Of a DNA stretch of 64,000 nucleotides, positions 15,396 through 45,763 are shown in pieces. The notes under the pieces were generated by a model. It ran no database searches, had not been told where the DNA came from, and was given only the letters and a program-made list of their open reading frames with translations. Origin of the DNA: the human T2T-CHM13v2.0 reference genome, Homo sapiens; the NCBI RefSeq assembly GCF_009914755.1, contig NC_060941.1; one strand, written 5' to 3'. Numbering within the stretch: the first letter of the stretch is position 1; each line of letters begins with the position of its first letter. Position numbers and translations under genes: made by a program.

Positions 15396-16399
15396 GGCCG
15401 TTGAGGTGGGAGATGGACGGTTTGTAGCATTTCATTCACATTAGACACCCATAAGCAGAGGTGCACAGATACACAGAGACAAACACACCCACATACACAT
15501 CTCCATACCCAGCCACGTTCCCACTCACAGCCTCACACACAGACACCAGACAATAAAAATACACGCAGACACAGATACACCCAGATAAGCACCCCACAAC
15601 ATGAGCACCCACATTCACACACTCAGGTGTGGAGAAGTTCTCCTGGGCTCGGGCTGGATAATGGGGGTGACCTGGGGACTCAGGAGCAGGTGAGCCATGA
15701 TTCCCCAAATTTCCCCTGGGGTATCTCCCCCTCCCCCTGCCACTCCCCACCCCATGACTGGTACAAACAATGAATCAGCTCCTCACCAGGTGACCCAGAT
15801 TCCCGGCGGATGGGGCCCCACGCAGCCACAGCCACAACCTAGGCCCGCCTGTCAACACCTGGAGGGAGCCAGGCATCCACTGCTCCTCCCCTGAGCAGTG
15901 ACAGGCTGCTGGGGGCTTTAGGGACTGGATGAGGGTGGGGGTGCGGCACTCACTTTTGAGTCCCCATCTCCTTCAGGTAGGGAATTTGGCCTCTCTTGAG
16001 CGTTCAAGTGCTGAGCAGGAATGTGGTATTTTGATGCAAGCACACATTTCTGAACATGCATTCAGAACGCATATACATTCAGGGCGCACAGTCACACACA
16101 CATGCCCCCATCGTTATGCACAATGACCCCGGCAGGATCACACTCCTTACATGAGCATCCTCCGGTGCATGCAGACCCACACAGCATGTGTGCAAACACA
16201 CTCGCCTATACATGCACACAGACAGTCTGCACACATGCCTAGCCTGGAGGGAAAACACGATGTGGACTCCTACTAAGTGACTAGCACTGCTGGGGGACTT
16301 GGGAGCTGGGAATTCTGGAGTAGGGGAACATACACAGTTGCACGGGTTCACAACTATGCTCACTTGTACACGTGCTAACGCAGAACCTTCCCACCGAAG

Positions 16400-17140
<741 letters not shown>

Positions 17141-17574
17141 AAAAAAGTTTCATTTTAGAATCTCTTTAGATTTTCAGAAAAGTTGCAAGGATAGTGCAGA
17201 CTTTCTTTCTTTCCCTGTCCCCCTTCTTCCCCCCTTCCTTCTCTCCTTCCTTTCTTGTTTCTTCTGCCCTTTCTCTCACTGTCTTTCCATACTTCCCTCT
17301 TGCTGCCTTCACTTTTCCCTTTTTCAGCTTCTCTGCCTCTCGGTGGCTGCTTCCCTCCGCTTTCCCGCAACTTCCGTGGGTCCTTCTCATTGCCCCCTCA
17401 CGACTCCTAGTCTCCCCATCCCTTATCCAAAGGAGGGCCCCTAGAGTTTCCAGCCCCTGCCGCCTACCCCCAAGCCCTCTGCGACTTGATCGAGGATCGC
17501 CTGCTGAAATGCCCACGAAATCACCTCGATTCGGAGGTTTCCTAACAACCCACAGCCTTCCCCTTCCTCTCTCA

Positions 17575-18360
<786 letters not shown>

Positions 18361-18460
18361 TGCTGCCAGCTCCGCCCGGCCAGCCGGTTATAGACTCAAT
18401 AGTGGAGTCGCCGAGGGAGGCTCCTACGCGCTGATTGGCTGCAAGTCTTGCCTTCCAGGC
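18361..18460 (-). promoter_or_regulatory. DLX3: DLX3 core promoter: TATAA (18392-18388), CCAAT box (18438-18434), GC box (~18372-18377)
   Basis: Minus-strand CTATAA and AGCCAATCAG at about -30 and -75; a CCAAT box is known to matter in the rodent Dlx3 promoter. Confidence 0.8.
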
Positions 18461-18568
18461 AAAACACGCTTTTGCTCTCTCGCTCCTATGCTCTCCTCTC
18501 TCTCTCTCTCCCTTTTCCTTCTCTCCTCCCTCCTCTCTCTTCTTTTTCCCCAGTCTTTGTTGTTACTC

Positions 18569-18571
<3 letters not shown>

Positions 18572-18613
<42 letters not shown>
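18572..18613. repeat. (AC)n microsatellite in DLX3 promoter, preceded by CT-rich tract 18490-18550
   Basis: About 21 perfect AC units. Confidence 0.95.
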
Positions 18614-18616
<3 letters not shown>

Positions 18617-19819
18617 CGCTACTCTTGTAGCTCCAGCCCAGATAAGTTCTCTGAAGGAGGGGCGTGGAGGTGGAGGGGAAGGGTTGCTCTGTGGAGCCCC
18701 CAGGATCTGTCAGTCTGTTTCTCTGGCTGGGGGATGAGAGATGGGCTTAGGTGAGGTGGGCAAGGAGGGGAGTTTGCCCATTGTGTGTTTGTGGAAAGAG
18801 ATGGTCTAAGGTGGGGTATGGTTGTGTGTGTGTGCACACGTGTGCACGCACTGTGCAAATGACAGGCACACAAATGTACCCAAAGTGGTGAGGACTCACA
18901 GCCCCTGAAAATGGTTTCTCTTAAAATCAGAAGAAAAGGAAAACACCTTTTAGGTGAAAGAGAATGTTTGAATATATGATATTAATATATTATCTTAATA
19001 GCAATGCAGTCATTGCTATTATATCCTTGTATTACATAATTACAAAAACGTAATTTAAAAAATTTTCTTTTTATTTAGGAAGGTGCCCACCGGGCAAGAA
19101 TGTCTTGAGCCTATGAAAGACATAATTTAGCACTAGGAGGATCCTATTGGAGAAGGGGAAGCAGACCTGTGTGGATTTAGAGGTTGTTGGGGATGTACAG
19201 CCTGTCCGGTGATACCAGAACTATCTCCAAAGCTATGTATGTGCAGTTTCACAGATGGCCCAGTCTTGCTGAAGGTAGCAAGGGACCTGGGGTCCCCACG
19301 AGGTTGGGTGGACACAGGCTGGCTCTGTGACTGTGTGCTTCAGTAAGTCTGAGGGCAGATTTTGTGTATCATGGGACAGCACTGGGGAATTGGGACACTT
19401 TTGGGGACTGGGTGCATGGGACGAGTGTATTTGGGGTGTGTGATGTGAGGATTTCATGTGTTCCACAGTATCCACAGAGGTACATGCATGCAGGAGTGTG
19501 TCGGGGGCGGGGTGCAGGCAGCATGAGTGGAGGGCCATCCGCGTGTGAACATGTGGTTGTAGGCAGATGTGTCTAGACCGCTTAGTACCTTCCTCATCTC
19601 CAGTAGCTGGGAGCTGTACTGCTCCACTGAATTCCTCCTGCACCAGAAAAGCCCTGAAGAATGGCTCCCCTCTGTGGGGACCCCCAGCTTTTAGTCCTGT
19701 CTAGCCCACCAAGCTGGGCCCCCTAGGTCATGCTAGCTGTTCCCAACGTCTAGCTCATCCCTGCCTCCCACACCCCATTTTGCCCTTCGCCTTTCTCTGG
19801 GGGAGAGAATCCAAATCTC

Positions 19820-20500
19820 AGTTCCCAGCCTGCCCGGCTCGCTCCGTCGACCCCACGTCCACTCGCCCTGCCTCGCCGGGCGAACGCAGTGCTAGCGCGC
19901 CACCTCGTGGTTCCTTCGAGCTCTGCAGCTCCCCGAGCCCGGCGCCCGGCCAAGCCTCGGGGAGGGGTTTCCTCCGAAGACCCTGCCTGGCAGAGCAGTG
20001 TACAGGGGGCTGTATGCCCCTTTCCAAAGTCAGACTCGCGCAGCAGGCTTCCGGCAGTCCAAAGGGCTTTGAGAGCTGCAGTTGGCAGAAACAGAGGGCA
20101 CGGTCCGCGGACTGAGGGGCAGGGGTGAGTGCCCGCTTGGTCTGGGCCACTCCCGGAGGCCGCCGCGTGGGAAAGGTGGGGGCGGGGGCGGGCGAGGGGA
20201 GCGCTATCTGTCTGTCTATCTCCGCGTCCCCCCAGCGCCCAGCGCCCGCCGCTCCGAGCCCGTGGCGGGGCGAGTTGCCACCCGCTCCGGGTGCCCTCTG
20301 TTCTGCTGCCAAGAGGGCGCCAAGAGAGCCTGCGGCGTTGGGGGCAGGAAGGGCACTGGGCGGGCCGGCTCCCTCCCAGGATGGGAGCGGGGGAGGCGTT
20401 CAGGGCCTGCTTTGGAGCTCCCCCTGCCCCGCCCCGCAGACTGTGCCCTCTGTTTTCGCTAACTGCAGCTGCCTCAGAGAACAGACAGCGTGGGGCGAGC
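19820..20500. promoter_or_regulatory. Upstream CpG island (~-1.5 to -2.1 kb from DLX3 TSS)
   Basis: GC/CpG-rich and TE-free; contains a CTCF motif and an inverted repeat. Confidence 0.75.
19895..19927 (-). promoter_or_regulatory. CTCF site, core plus upstream module
   Basis: Minus strand reads TGCAG-N9-GAACCACGAGGTGGCGCGC. Confidence 0.7.
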
Positions 20501-21550
20501 CCTTCTCAGGGGTTCATCCATTCATTCATTCATTCATCAACCGAGATCAAGAAGTGGCAGGCGACTCAGAGCTGGGAGTCTACCTCCCTCCCTCCTCAGG
20601 CCCTCACAGAAGCCTCACTCTTCTTTCCTCACTCCTACCCCAAGCCTTGGCTCCTGAGTAAAGAGAATGAGCCCTAGGCTGAATTCTGGAATCCTGGAAT
20701 CTTGAAAGGGCAGTGGTGGTGGATTATACTAGGATAATTTCTAAGCTCCACTATGCTCTGGAATTCTAAGAGCTCTCGAAATGGTTCATAGTTCATAGAA
20801 ACTGCAACAGTAGGAACTTAAATAAGCAATTAAACCATTGTTTGCTATTGTGAGGTTGACACATGTTCCCCTACCCCCATTGCATGACATGCTCCAAGAT
20901 GCCAGAGTGGGTCCATCCACTTCACCACTGCCTTCCAGATACCCAGGACCCATTGTTGAATGAATAAATGAAGCTTCCTAATGCTGAAGAAGGGCTGAAT
21001 CATCTTGGCACTGCTCCCGTGGACCCCTGGCTGAGGCTCAGACATGCTGGGCAGAGTCAGGACAGCGGGAAGCATGGGGCAGGCACTGGGCTGCAGGGTA
21101 GGGGAAGGCCCCAAGGGTCTCGTCAGGCCGGCAGGACCGGAGCCACCAACTGCTGGGCGGGCACCTGTTAGCTTAGGATGGCGAGGTAGCCGGAGGATGC
21201 AGTGGGACCACAGCCACCCACCCCACCTTGCCCGGGCCAACAAGACGAGCAGGTGTCAGCCTGGCCGAGTCCTGCCTCTGGTGGAGGGGTGACGTGGGGC
21301 GGCCTGTGTCAGGGGCCTCTGGGAGTCTGGTAGGAGGGAGAAAGGGCAGTGCCAGCCAATGCCAAGGTCACAGTCCATTGCCCACCCTGTCTCTAGCACT
21401 GAGAAAAGGTACCCTGTTGAAGCAAGCTATTCCCTGGAACCCAGGCATCATGCCACCTGGGCACTGGCACAGCAGTGGGGCTCAGAGAGAGGCCTCAGGG
21501 AGGACCGAGCACTGGTGGGCTGACCCTGCTTTCTCCATTGCCTTGGGGAG

Positions 21551-21569
21551 TGGCGCCATCTAGTGGTGA
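21551..21569 (-). promoter_or_regulatory. CTCF site
   Basis: Minus strand TCACCACTAGATGGCGCCA; full match to CCASYAGRKGGCRS. Confidence 0.75.
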
Positions 21570-22529
21570 TTGTAAGAAAGAGCCTGCTTAGCTCCACTGG
21601 GAAGACCCGGAAGTGGGTCACCTGCAGGGGCAGGGCCATCGTGCCCAGAAGGAATTTACTTACTTGAGGAGCCCTATTGGCACTAAATATTCACTTTTCA
21701 TCATCACCTTGTGTTACTCTTTGGCTGCCACCTCTCCCTCCTCTCACCCCCTTTGAACAGCCAGTGGCTCTTTCCCTTGGTTTTCTCATTTGTAAATAAA
21801 AAACTGGATTCTTAGATGACCTCTGAGGTCCGTCCAAGCTCGGATGCTCCGTGATTGTAAATTCTAGGACTCTCGTCTCTCACGGGCGAACTCCTCGACC
21901 TTCTCACTAACTCCCTTGGAGATACACCCCAAGCTTCCAGCATTTTGCAGCCTGGACTTACTTCCAGAGTCCTTCGTTCATTCAACAGATCTTTGCTGAG
22001 TCTCTGCTATGTATCTGATCCCATGCTAGGTGCTGGGGATGTAGTGATGAACAAGACAGACCAGGCCCCTCTCGATGGAGCCCACGTTCCAGCAGGGGGT
22101 GCGGACACTTAACGACAGCTTCGCCATCATGTGATGTGTGCTGTGATGGGGCAGCACTTGCCGCCGTGCCAGCCTAAGGGGGCCTGAACCCTTCAGGGGG
22201 CAGGAGGATATCTGAAATAAGAAGTGAAGGATGTGTGGGACTTGGCTTGGAAAAACAGGGATGAGGGAAAGGAGAGGCTTCCCGGCCCTTGGAAAGTGCC
22301 ACCTCCCCCTCCTCCACCCACCTTTGTCCAGCCAGGGGCGCTTTCCCTTGGGTTTTCTCATATGTAAATCAAAAAGTGGGTTCTTAGATGGCCTCTGTGG
22401 GCCATCCAAACTCTGATGCTCCGTGATTGTAGACTCTAGGACTCTTGTCTCTCAAGGGTGAAGCACAGTATTTGTGGGGGTGGTTGGGGGGTACTAAAGG
22501 TGAAGCAGGGACCCAGGACTCAGAGCAGT

Positions 22530-24620
22530 TGGAAGCCTGAAGCAGGAGAATGGGCTTTACTTAGAAGCTACAGGGAACCACTGAAAGATTTTAACCAGGG
22601 GAGGATCATGATTGGGTTTTCATTCTAGAAGGATCCCTCTGGCAGCTGTGTGGAGACGAATCAGAAGTGATAAGACTGAGGGCGAGGGGCCCAGATATGA
22701 GACTACTGCAGAAGCTCAAGCAAAGGGAATCAAGTCTGGGTTAAGGCAGAGGCAGTGTGGCCAATGCCAGAGAGAAGAGAAGTGGGTAGAAGTGGAGAGC
22801 AGTGGGTGGATTTGAGAGCCATTGAGGAGGTCAGAGGGACAGGGCTGGGGAATGGACTGGGTATGAATGGCAGGGAGAAGGGAAGGGGGGGAATGACCCC
22901 TGAGCTTCTGATTTGGGCAACTGGGTGGAAAGTTGGGGCCGTTCTCGAAATAAAGAGAACACCAGCAAGAGGAGACGCTTGATGAGGAAAAGAATGTGTC
23001 CGTTTTTTCCCCCCACTGGAATCTAACATACCTGCAGAAAAGTGCACAAGTCCTAATTAAAGGCTTTGCATCAATCAAACATAGCTGTGCAACCAGCACC
23101 CAGGCTGAGCAGCAGGTATTGAGGAAGCAATATCCAACCCTCAGAAGCCCCCTCACTCTCCCTTCCAGTTCCTACTCCCTGAGAGTAAACACTGTCTCTG
23201 CTCCTAGCACCGCAGATCAGGTTTGCATGTTTTTTACTTTTATATAAACGGAAGTGTATAGTATATACAGTCAGCCCTCTTCCATATCCATGGGCTGTGC
23301 ATCCATGGATTCATCCAACCTTGGATCGAAATTATTCAGCAAAATAATTGCATCTGTGCTTGGACACATATAGACTTTTTTTCTTGTCATTATTCCCTAA
23401 ATAATATAGCATAATAATTACTTAAATAACAATTACATTTTATTTGGTATTACAAGTAATCTAGAGATAATTTAAAATATATGGGAAGATGTGCATAGGT
23501 TATCTGCAAATACTACTCCATTTTATATCAGGGACTTGAGCATCCACAGATTTTGGTATCCGAGGAAGGTCTTAGAACCAATCTCCCACGAACAAGGGAG
23601 GGCTGTATTCTTTTATGTTTGGCTTCTTTTGCTCAACATTATGTTGTGAGATTTATCCATATTGTTGGCTATATTTATAGATTGTTCATTTTCATTGCTG
23701 TAATGTGGATATTTTCTCATATGAATATATCGTTATCTATTTTTCTCTTCTACTGTTGATGGGCATTTGGGTAGTTTCCAGTTTGGGACTATCATGAGCA
23801 GTGCTGCTATGAGCATTCTTGTACATGTCTTTTGGTGCCTGCATCTATGCTGTTGTTGGGTACCTATGGGTGGAATTGTGTGCCACCAGGTGGGCACATG
23901 TTTGGCTTTAGAAGAGGCTGCCAAGCAGTTCTCCAAAGTGGTTGTGCCATCAGCTTAAGTGTGATCATGCTGAGTTTGAGTGTCTTTGAGACATCTAGGA
24001 AGAGCAGTCCTAGCCATAGTTAGCAACATGGATCTGAAAAATCAGTAAAGAAGCTGGGATTGGAGATGTAAATTGTGAGTATCTGGCTTCTTGCGGTAAG
24101 TGGAGCCATTGGCATGGGTGAGATGGTCCAGGAAAGGAGGGAGAGAACACGGGGCAAAGGTCCAGGCAGCAACTGTGAGAGAGGGGTCAGAGGGAGGTGG
24201 GAAGCAGTGCAGAGAGAGTGTACCCTGAATTGGGTGTGGGGAGAGCTGGGGGGAGGGTTCAAGGAGGAGAGAGTAGTCGGCAAGGTCAAATCTTGCTGTG
24301 GATTTGTAGTCAGGGTGGGGTGAGGACTGAGATGCGCCTACTGGGCAATGTCTCAAGGAGGAGGTTGATGATATCAGGAAGAGCGGGTAAGGGGAGTGGG
24401 GAGCTGGAAGCGGTTCACAGCTGGCTGAGGGGCCAGTGGGATGCGAGGCAGTGAAGAGAACACGTGCCAGCCACTCTGTCCTGATGGCTGTGAAAGGAGG
24501 AGGGAGGCAGAGGGCGGTAGCTGGAGGGTATTTGGCATATTGGGAGGGTGTGTGTTTGAAATGGGAGCAGCATGTTTAGATGCCAATTATCACCTCCAGT
24601 AGAGAAGGGTTAATCACGAG
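22530..24620 (-). mobile_element. L2 fragments interrupted by an old L1 3' piece (~23000-23950)
   Basis: L2-like gatccctctggcagctgtgtggaga and ggattggagatgtaaat; L1-like gatgggcatttgggtagtttccagttt. Confidence 0.6.
23268..23605 (-). mobile_element. MER2 (TcMar-Tigger MITE)
   Basis: CAGTCAGCCCTC...GAGGGCTG termini flanked by TA; 338 bp. Confidence 0.8.
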
Positions 24621-25067
24621 TGCCATCCCTGAGTAGGTGGGAGGGGAAGGATCTGGAACTTCTCCAAAGGGGTTGGCCTTATAGCAGATTATTATCTATT
24701 CCGTTGAGTCAAGAGAGAAGATGAACTGATAAGAGCTGGCTTTCATTGAGTGCTCACTGTGTGCCAGGCACTGCTCGAAGCCATCTACATATATGAGTTC
24801 ATTCACTGCTCCCAACCCTATGAGATGGGCACTCTCATGTCTGTCTTTTGACAGAGGAGGGAACTGAGGCACAGGAAGCTAAGTAAGTGGATTTAGGATT
24901 TGAGCCCAGGCAGTCTGTTAACCTCTATGGGGCAGGCATTCAGCTTGCAGGTTTAGCAGTCAGAAGGTAATTTGACGGAGCTAGGCACTGGCCATGTGGG
25001 TGTTTTTTATACTACCCTCTGTACTTTTCTATATGTTTGAAACATCTCAGAGTAAAAAGAATTGTAC

Positions 25068-27655
<2,588 letters not shown>

Positions 27656-27732
27656 CTTTTGGCTTTTTAAAAGGCACTTGGTAAAGTTAAATATCTATAC
27701 ATTGAGACTTAATTAACTAAATTTTGAGACTA

Positions 27733-31920
<4,188 letters not shown>

Positions 31921-31929
31921 CACACTAAT

Positions 31930-32540
31930 TAAATTATTCAGCAAGTATTCATTGAGTGTTTGTCATATGCCAGCCAATGTTCTAAGCTCTTGGCATTCAG
32001 CAATGAACAAAAAAAGATCCCTGACCTCATGGAGCTTGTAGGTAGTACAGACAAAAAACAATATTCGTGATAAAGAAGTCAATTATATATTGCATTAGAA
32101 AGTAATAAGAACTCTGGAACAAAAGAAAAAAGTAGGACAGAATGAGGAGGATTGGGTATTGGAAGGGCAGTTATGAGAGTCTTCATTGAGAAGATGGACT
32201 GTGAGCAAAGACCTGAAAGAAGTGAAAGAGTGAGCCATGAAGATGTGTGAGGGACAGTGTTCCAGACAGAGGGGAGAACTGGTGCAAAGGGTCTGAGGTG
32301 GGAGCATACCTGGTGAGTTTGAAGAACAGCAAGGAGGCCAGCATAGAAAGAGAGAGAGCAGAAAGAATGAGGGAGTGTGCCAGGAGAGGGGGGTCAGAAA
32401 GGCAATGTGGCAGGGGTTGGGGGATCATAAAGGGCCTCAAAGCATATTGTAAGACTTTGAGTTTTTCTTAAAGTGAGATGAGTAATTATTGCAGAATTTT
32501 GAGCAGAGAAGTGGACATGGTCTGACTTGTATTTTATTTG
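31930..32540 (-). mobile_element. L2 3' fragment
   Basis: attcagcaagtattcattgagtg...tgcaaagggtctgaggtgggag. Confidence 0.7.
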
Positions 32541-32544
32541 AATG

Positions 32545-34160
<1,616 letters not shown>

Positions 34161-34204
34161 CCTGATATGTTTTTAAAGTTCACTCTGTTCAAGATATATT
34201 GTTT

Positions 34205-34848
<644 letters not shown>

Positions 34849-34979
34849 CATGATATATTGTTAAGTGAAAAAAATCAAGGTGTAGAAACGTGTGTATGGC
34901 ATGCTACTATTTATCTAAAGGTGAGGGGGGTGGATATTGGCTTATGAATAGTGAATGTAAAACCACAAAACTTAAAAAG

Positions 34980-35630
34980 AGCGATTATACACCTATCCCT
35001 GATGAGTATAGATGTGAAAAAAATCTTAACAAATTATTAGCAAATAGAATTCAGTATTATACCATGACCAGGTGGGATTTATTCCAGGAATGTAAAGATG
35101 GTTCAATATTTGGAAATTAATCAGTGTAGTCCACTGTATTAGCAGGTTAACGAAGAAAAAAAATCACATGGTCATATAAATTGAAGCAGAAAAAGTATTT
35201 GACAAACACTTAACACCCATTCATTTTGAAAATTCCCACAAAACCAGGAGTAGAGGGGAATTTCCTCAACTTGATAAGTGTATCTACAGAATACTTATAG
35301 GTAACATCATACTTAATGGTAAAAGACTGAATACCTCATCCCTAAGATCAGAAACAAGGCAAAGATGTGCACTTCACCACTGCTATTTCTATTTGCAGAT
35401 GACACGGTTTTCTACAAAGAAAATCCCACGGAATATACAAAAAAATACCTTCTATGACTAATACGTGAATTTAGCAAGGTCAAAGGATATAAGATCAACA
35501 TATAAAAATTAATCGTACTTCTATATATGGGCAATGAACATAGAAAAACTCAAGTTAGAAACACAATACTATTTACATTGCTTTAAAAAAGAGAGAAATA
35601 TTTAGGTGTTAAGCTAACAAAAGATACAGG
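34980..35630 (+). mobile_element. L1M ORF2 fragment
   Basis: aacaaattattagcaaatagaatt, gtgggatttattccaggaatg, aggaatttcc-like RT-region motifs. Confidence 0.75.
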
Positions 35631-36190
35631 ACTGCAGATGTCAACTGGGATATTTCATTTACAATAATGGATTGTCATTATTGCAATTTTCTGAGGGATG
35701 CGACTTAAGTGTACAACTTAAGTGGGTTGTAATCGGGGGCTTTAGCAGTCTGCCTTTGGATTGAGATTTTGCCTATGGATTGAGATAATGCTAATTTAAC
35801 TTTTAACACTGTGAATGTTGTGACCATGTTTTCTAGAGTTCAGATAATGAAAACAAGAATTATTATAATACCAATGCCAATGATTACCGCACAATATAAT
35901 ACCAATAACATCACTGGGGAAAAATGCTAAATGACTGTATTATCTTCACGAAAGATGGAAGGACACATACATTGAATTGGGGACGTAAAGAACCAAAACA
36001 GAATTCCACAATATGCAGAGAAGAATCTGGGCTTGGGCACAGTGAAGTTGGGCATATGAAAGCACACATGAAAACTAAATCTCACAAGTCCAGGATAAGA
36101 CGGGCAAGTACTTCTACATCAATAAAAAGATTTTTTATTTTCCAAAAAGACACCAATCCTTGGTCAGAAATGGCATCTGCTGAATTGGCT

Positions 36191-39610
<3,420 letters not shown>

Positions 39611-39845
39611 GCTTGGGCATGCCACGCAAATGAACAGGACTTATCATTTGTTCCCTTGATTGCTCTGAGACTGAGTAAAGTTACTCAGTTTCCTGATGCC
39701 AAGGTTGCAACTGAAATATCCTGTAGGAGCGAAAGAGGTCCGTCATGCTTTCCACAGCACATCAGGCAATCCATCCAATCACAGCAACAACACCAAAAAT
39801 GATCCCCTCTGCTCTCAGGTACTTTAATTTGAAAAATGGAGTTTT

Positions 39846-43653
<3,808 letters not shown>

Positions 43654-45601
43654 TTAACTTGTCCTATTGTTGTTTGGCTTAAATAACAGCATTTATGGAT
43701 TAGAAAAGTAAATAATAGAGAACAACATAGAATTTCAAATAAACACCTATTTTCATATTTTTACATTAAAGTTATAAAATGTGTATATATGACATATAAT
43801 ATTATGCTTTTTATGTTTTTTCTGGTATAGCTGTGTCCCACCTGGCTCTCCAAAAAGTTGGTCACCAGAGGGTGAGGGGACTCACCACCTCTGCCAGCCA
43901 GCACCAGGGTAGAACTCACTTTGAAGAGCTCAAACAGTGTCACCAGGTCCACATTGTCTCTCTGGGCCCTTTGTTCCCCTCCCAGCCTGTGCTTGTATTA
44001 TCCTCACCCAGCAAGCCTAGCAATGAAAGCACTTCTGTCCCAGGCACAGGCTTGAGATAGAGTCTCATTGGGTGCCTTTGAGTCACACACCTGTCCCCAA
44101 ACTACTTGCCGTCTCCAAAGGGAGTGGCAGAGCCTGGATCATGTGGGATCATTGCTTCCAGTGCGAGATGGTGGCTGGGGGGAGGAGCCCCCTCACACCC
44201 TTTCAGATACTGGAGAAGCGGTTCTCTACTGGGAAACTGAGGCCCCCTTCTCAGAAGAGGGAAGACAGGCTGTCCATTTCCCCTTCGGCAGGGAGCCAAA
44301 GTGCTTTCTGCTAAACCATTTTTGGCCAAATTCCTGGAGCCACACAAACACGCATCCATTGTCTCACTTACTGTATTCTATGGAAATGATCTATTGATGT
44401 GCCTCGCTTGCTGACTGCACAGTAAGCTCTCAAGGACAGGGACAGCATCTGGCTCCCGCTGTGTCCTCAGCACCCTGTCCTCAGCCAGACGCTTGACAAG
44501 TGCCCCAAGATATCCTTGGGTTCCTCTTTTTGTTTCTTGTTCTCAGCTCCCGGTTCACATGTTCCTTGCACAATCTGCAGATGTGCACAGCCTTCACATC
44601 TGTAGCTCAGCACAGACCTTTCCTTTGAGTCCAGAGCTGTGAGTCCTGCCATCTTCAGGACTCTAAATTGAATGTCCCACAGGTGGCTCGAACTCCACGC
44701 GTGGGAAATTGAACTTGCTGTCTTCACCCTATTCTCCTCCTGCACTGTTCCCTTTCTCAGTGACAGCTCTATTGTTCATTCAACCAACTACACTCTCATC
44801 CTCCACAATTGGTCAATGCCCAGGTATCATTGGTCCTGCCTTCCATATACCTTTCAAATCTTCCCTCCACCCCCATCCTCTTCATTCCACTGCCCTGCAC
44901 TGTCCTGCACCGCCCTGCCCCAGGCCTCAGCCCTCTCTCCCCCAATGGCACGCAGGCATCCTGTGCCAGAATCCGCTCCCCTAGAGCAGCGATACAAGGG
45001 TCCAGCCTGAAGCCCCTTGGTGCCTCCCATTAACTACACACTCAAGCCCAAACCAGCAGCACGTCAGCTCTGCAGCCTCCAGTCCCATAGTTCTGCCCAG
45101 CTTTGGGGCTCCAGCCCTTCCACAAGCCTTGCATTTCCCTGGGAGCACATGCCTCCCTGTCTGATCCCTTTCTTCAGGTGGCTAATTCCCTTTTGTCCTG
45201 GGAGACCAGCCTTACTACCAAGAGGCCCCCCATAATACACAACCCAGCCCCTCACACTGAGAGCCCTGCCTCTGGGCTCCTGCGGCCCTCTGTGCTTTTC
45301 TCTTCTCTGCCTTTTCCCACATTTCATTCATTCATTCATTCATTCATTCATTCATTCATCTTTTCAGTGGTGCATTGGATTGTGTGCCCACTGTTATACT
45401 CAACAATAATTTGACTTATGTGGTAAAGTTCCTGTGGTTAGACAGATGACCCCTACCTACCAGTCTCTCCCTCTGGAGTGTAAGGGCCAAGAGGGCAGGG
45501 ATGACATCCCTTATCTCCATGACTGCAGCCAAGGTTACTCCGGGCCTGGCACCTAGTATGTGCTATCAATTGTTCAATGAATGGATCAACAGACCAGCTA
45601 C

Positions 45602-45763
45602 AGCAGAGATTAACAAACTTTGTAAAAGGCCAGATAGAAATTATTTTAGACTTTGCAGGCCATGTGATCTCTGTCTCAACAAGAAAGCAGCCATAGACAG
45701 TACATAAATACAATTTTCTTTACAAAAGCTGGATTTAGCTTGTGGATTGTAGTTTGCTGACCT
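45602..45763 (+). mobile_element. MER58A-like hAT-Charlie MITE
   Basis: caaactttgtaaaaggccagatag...tttgcaggccat...tgtagtttgctgacc. Confidence 0.7.

Noticed and set aside
20305-20325. CTCF-like GCCAAGAGGGCGCC
   Set aside because: Lacks the conserved CC at core positions 4-5; weak match
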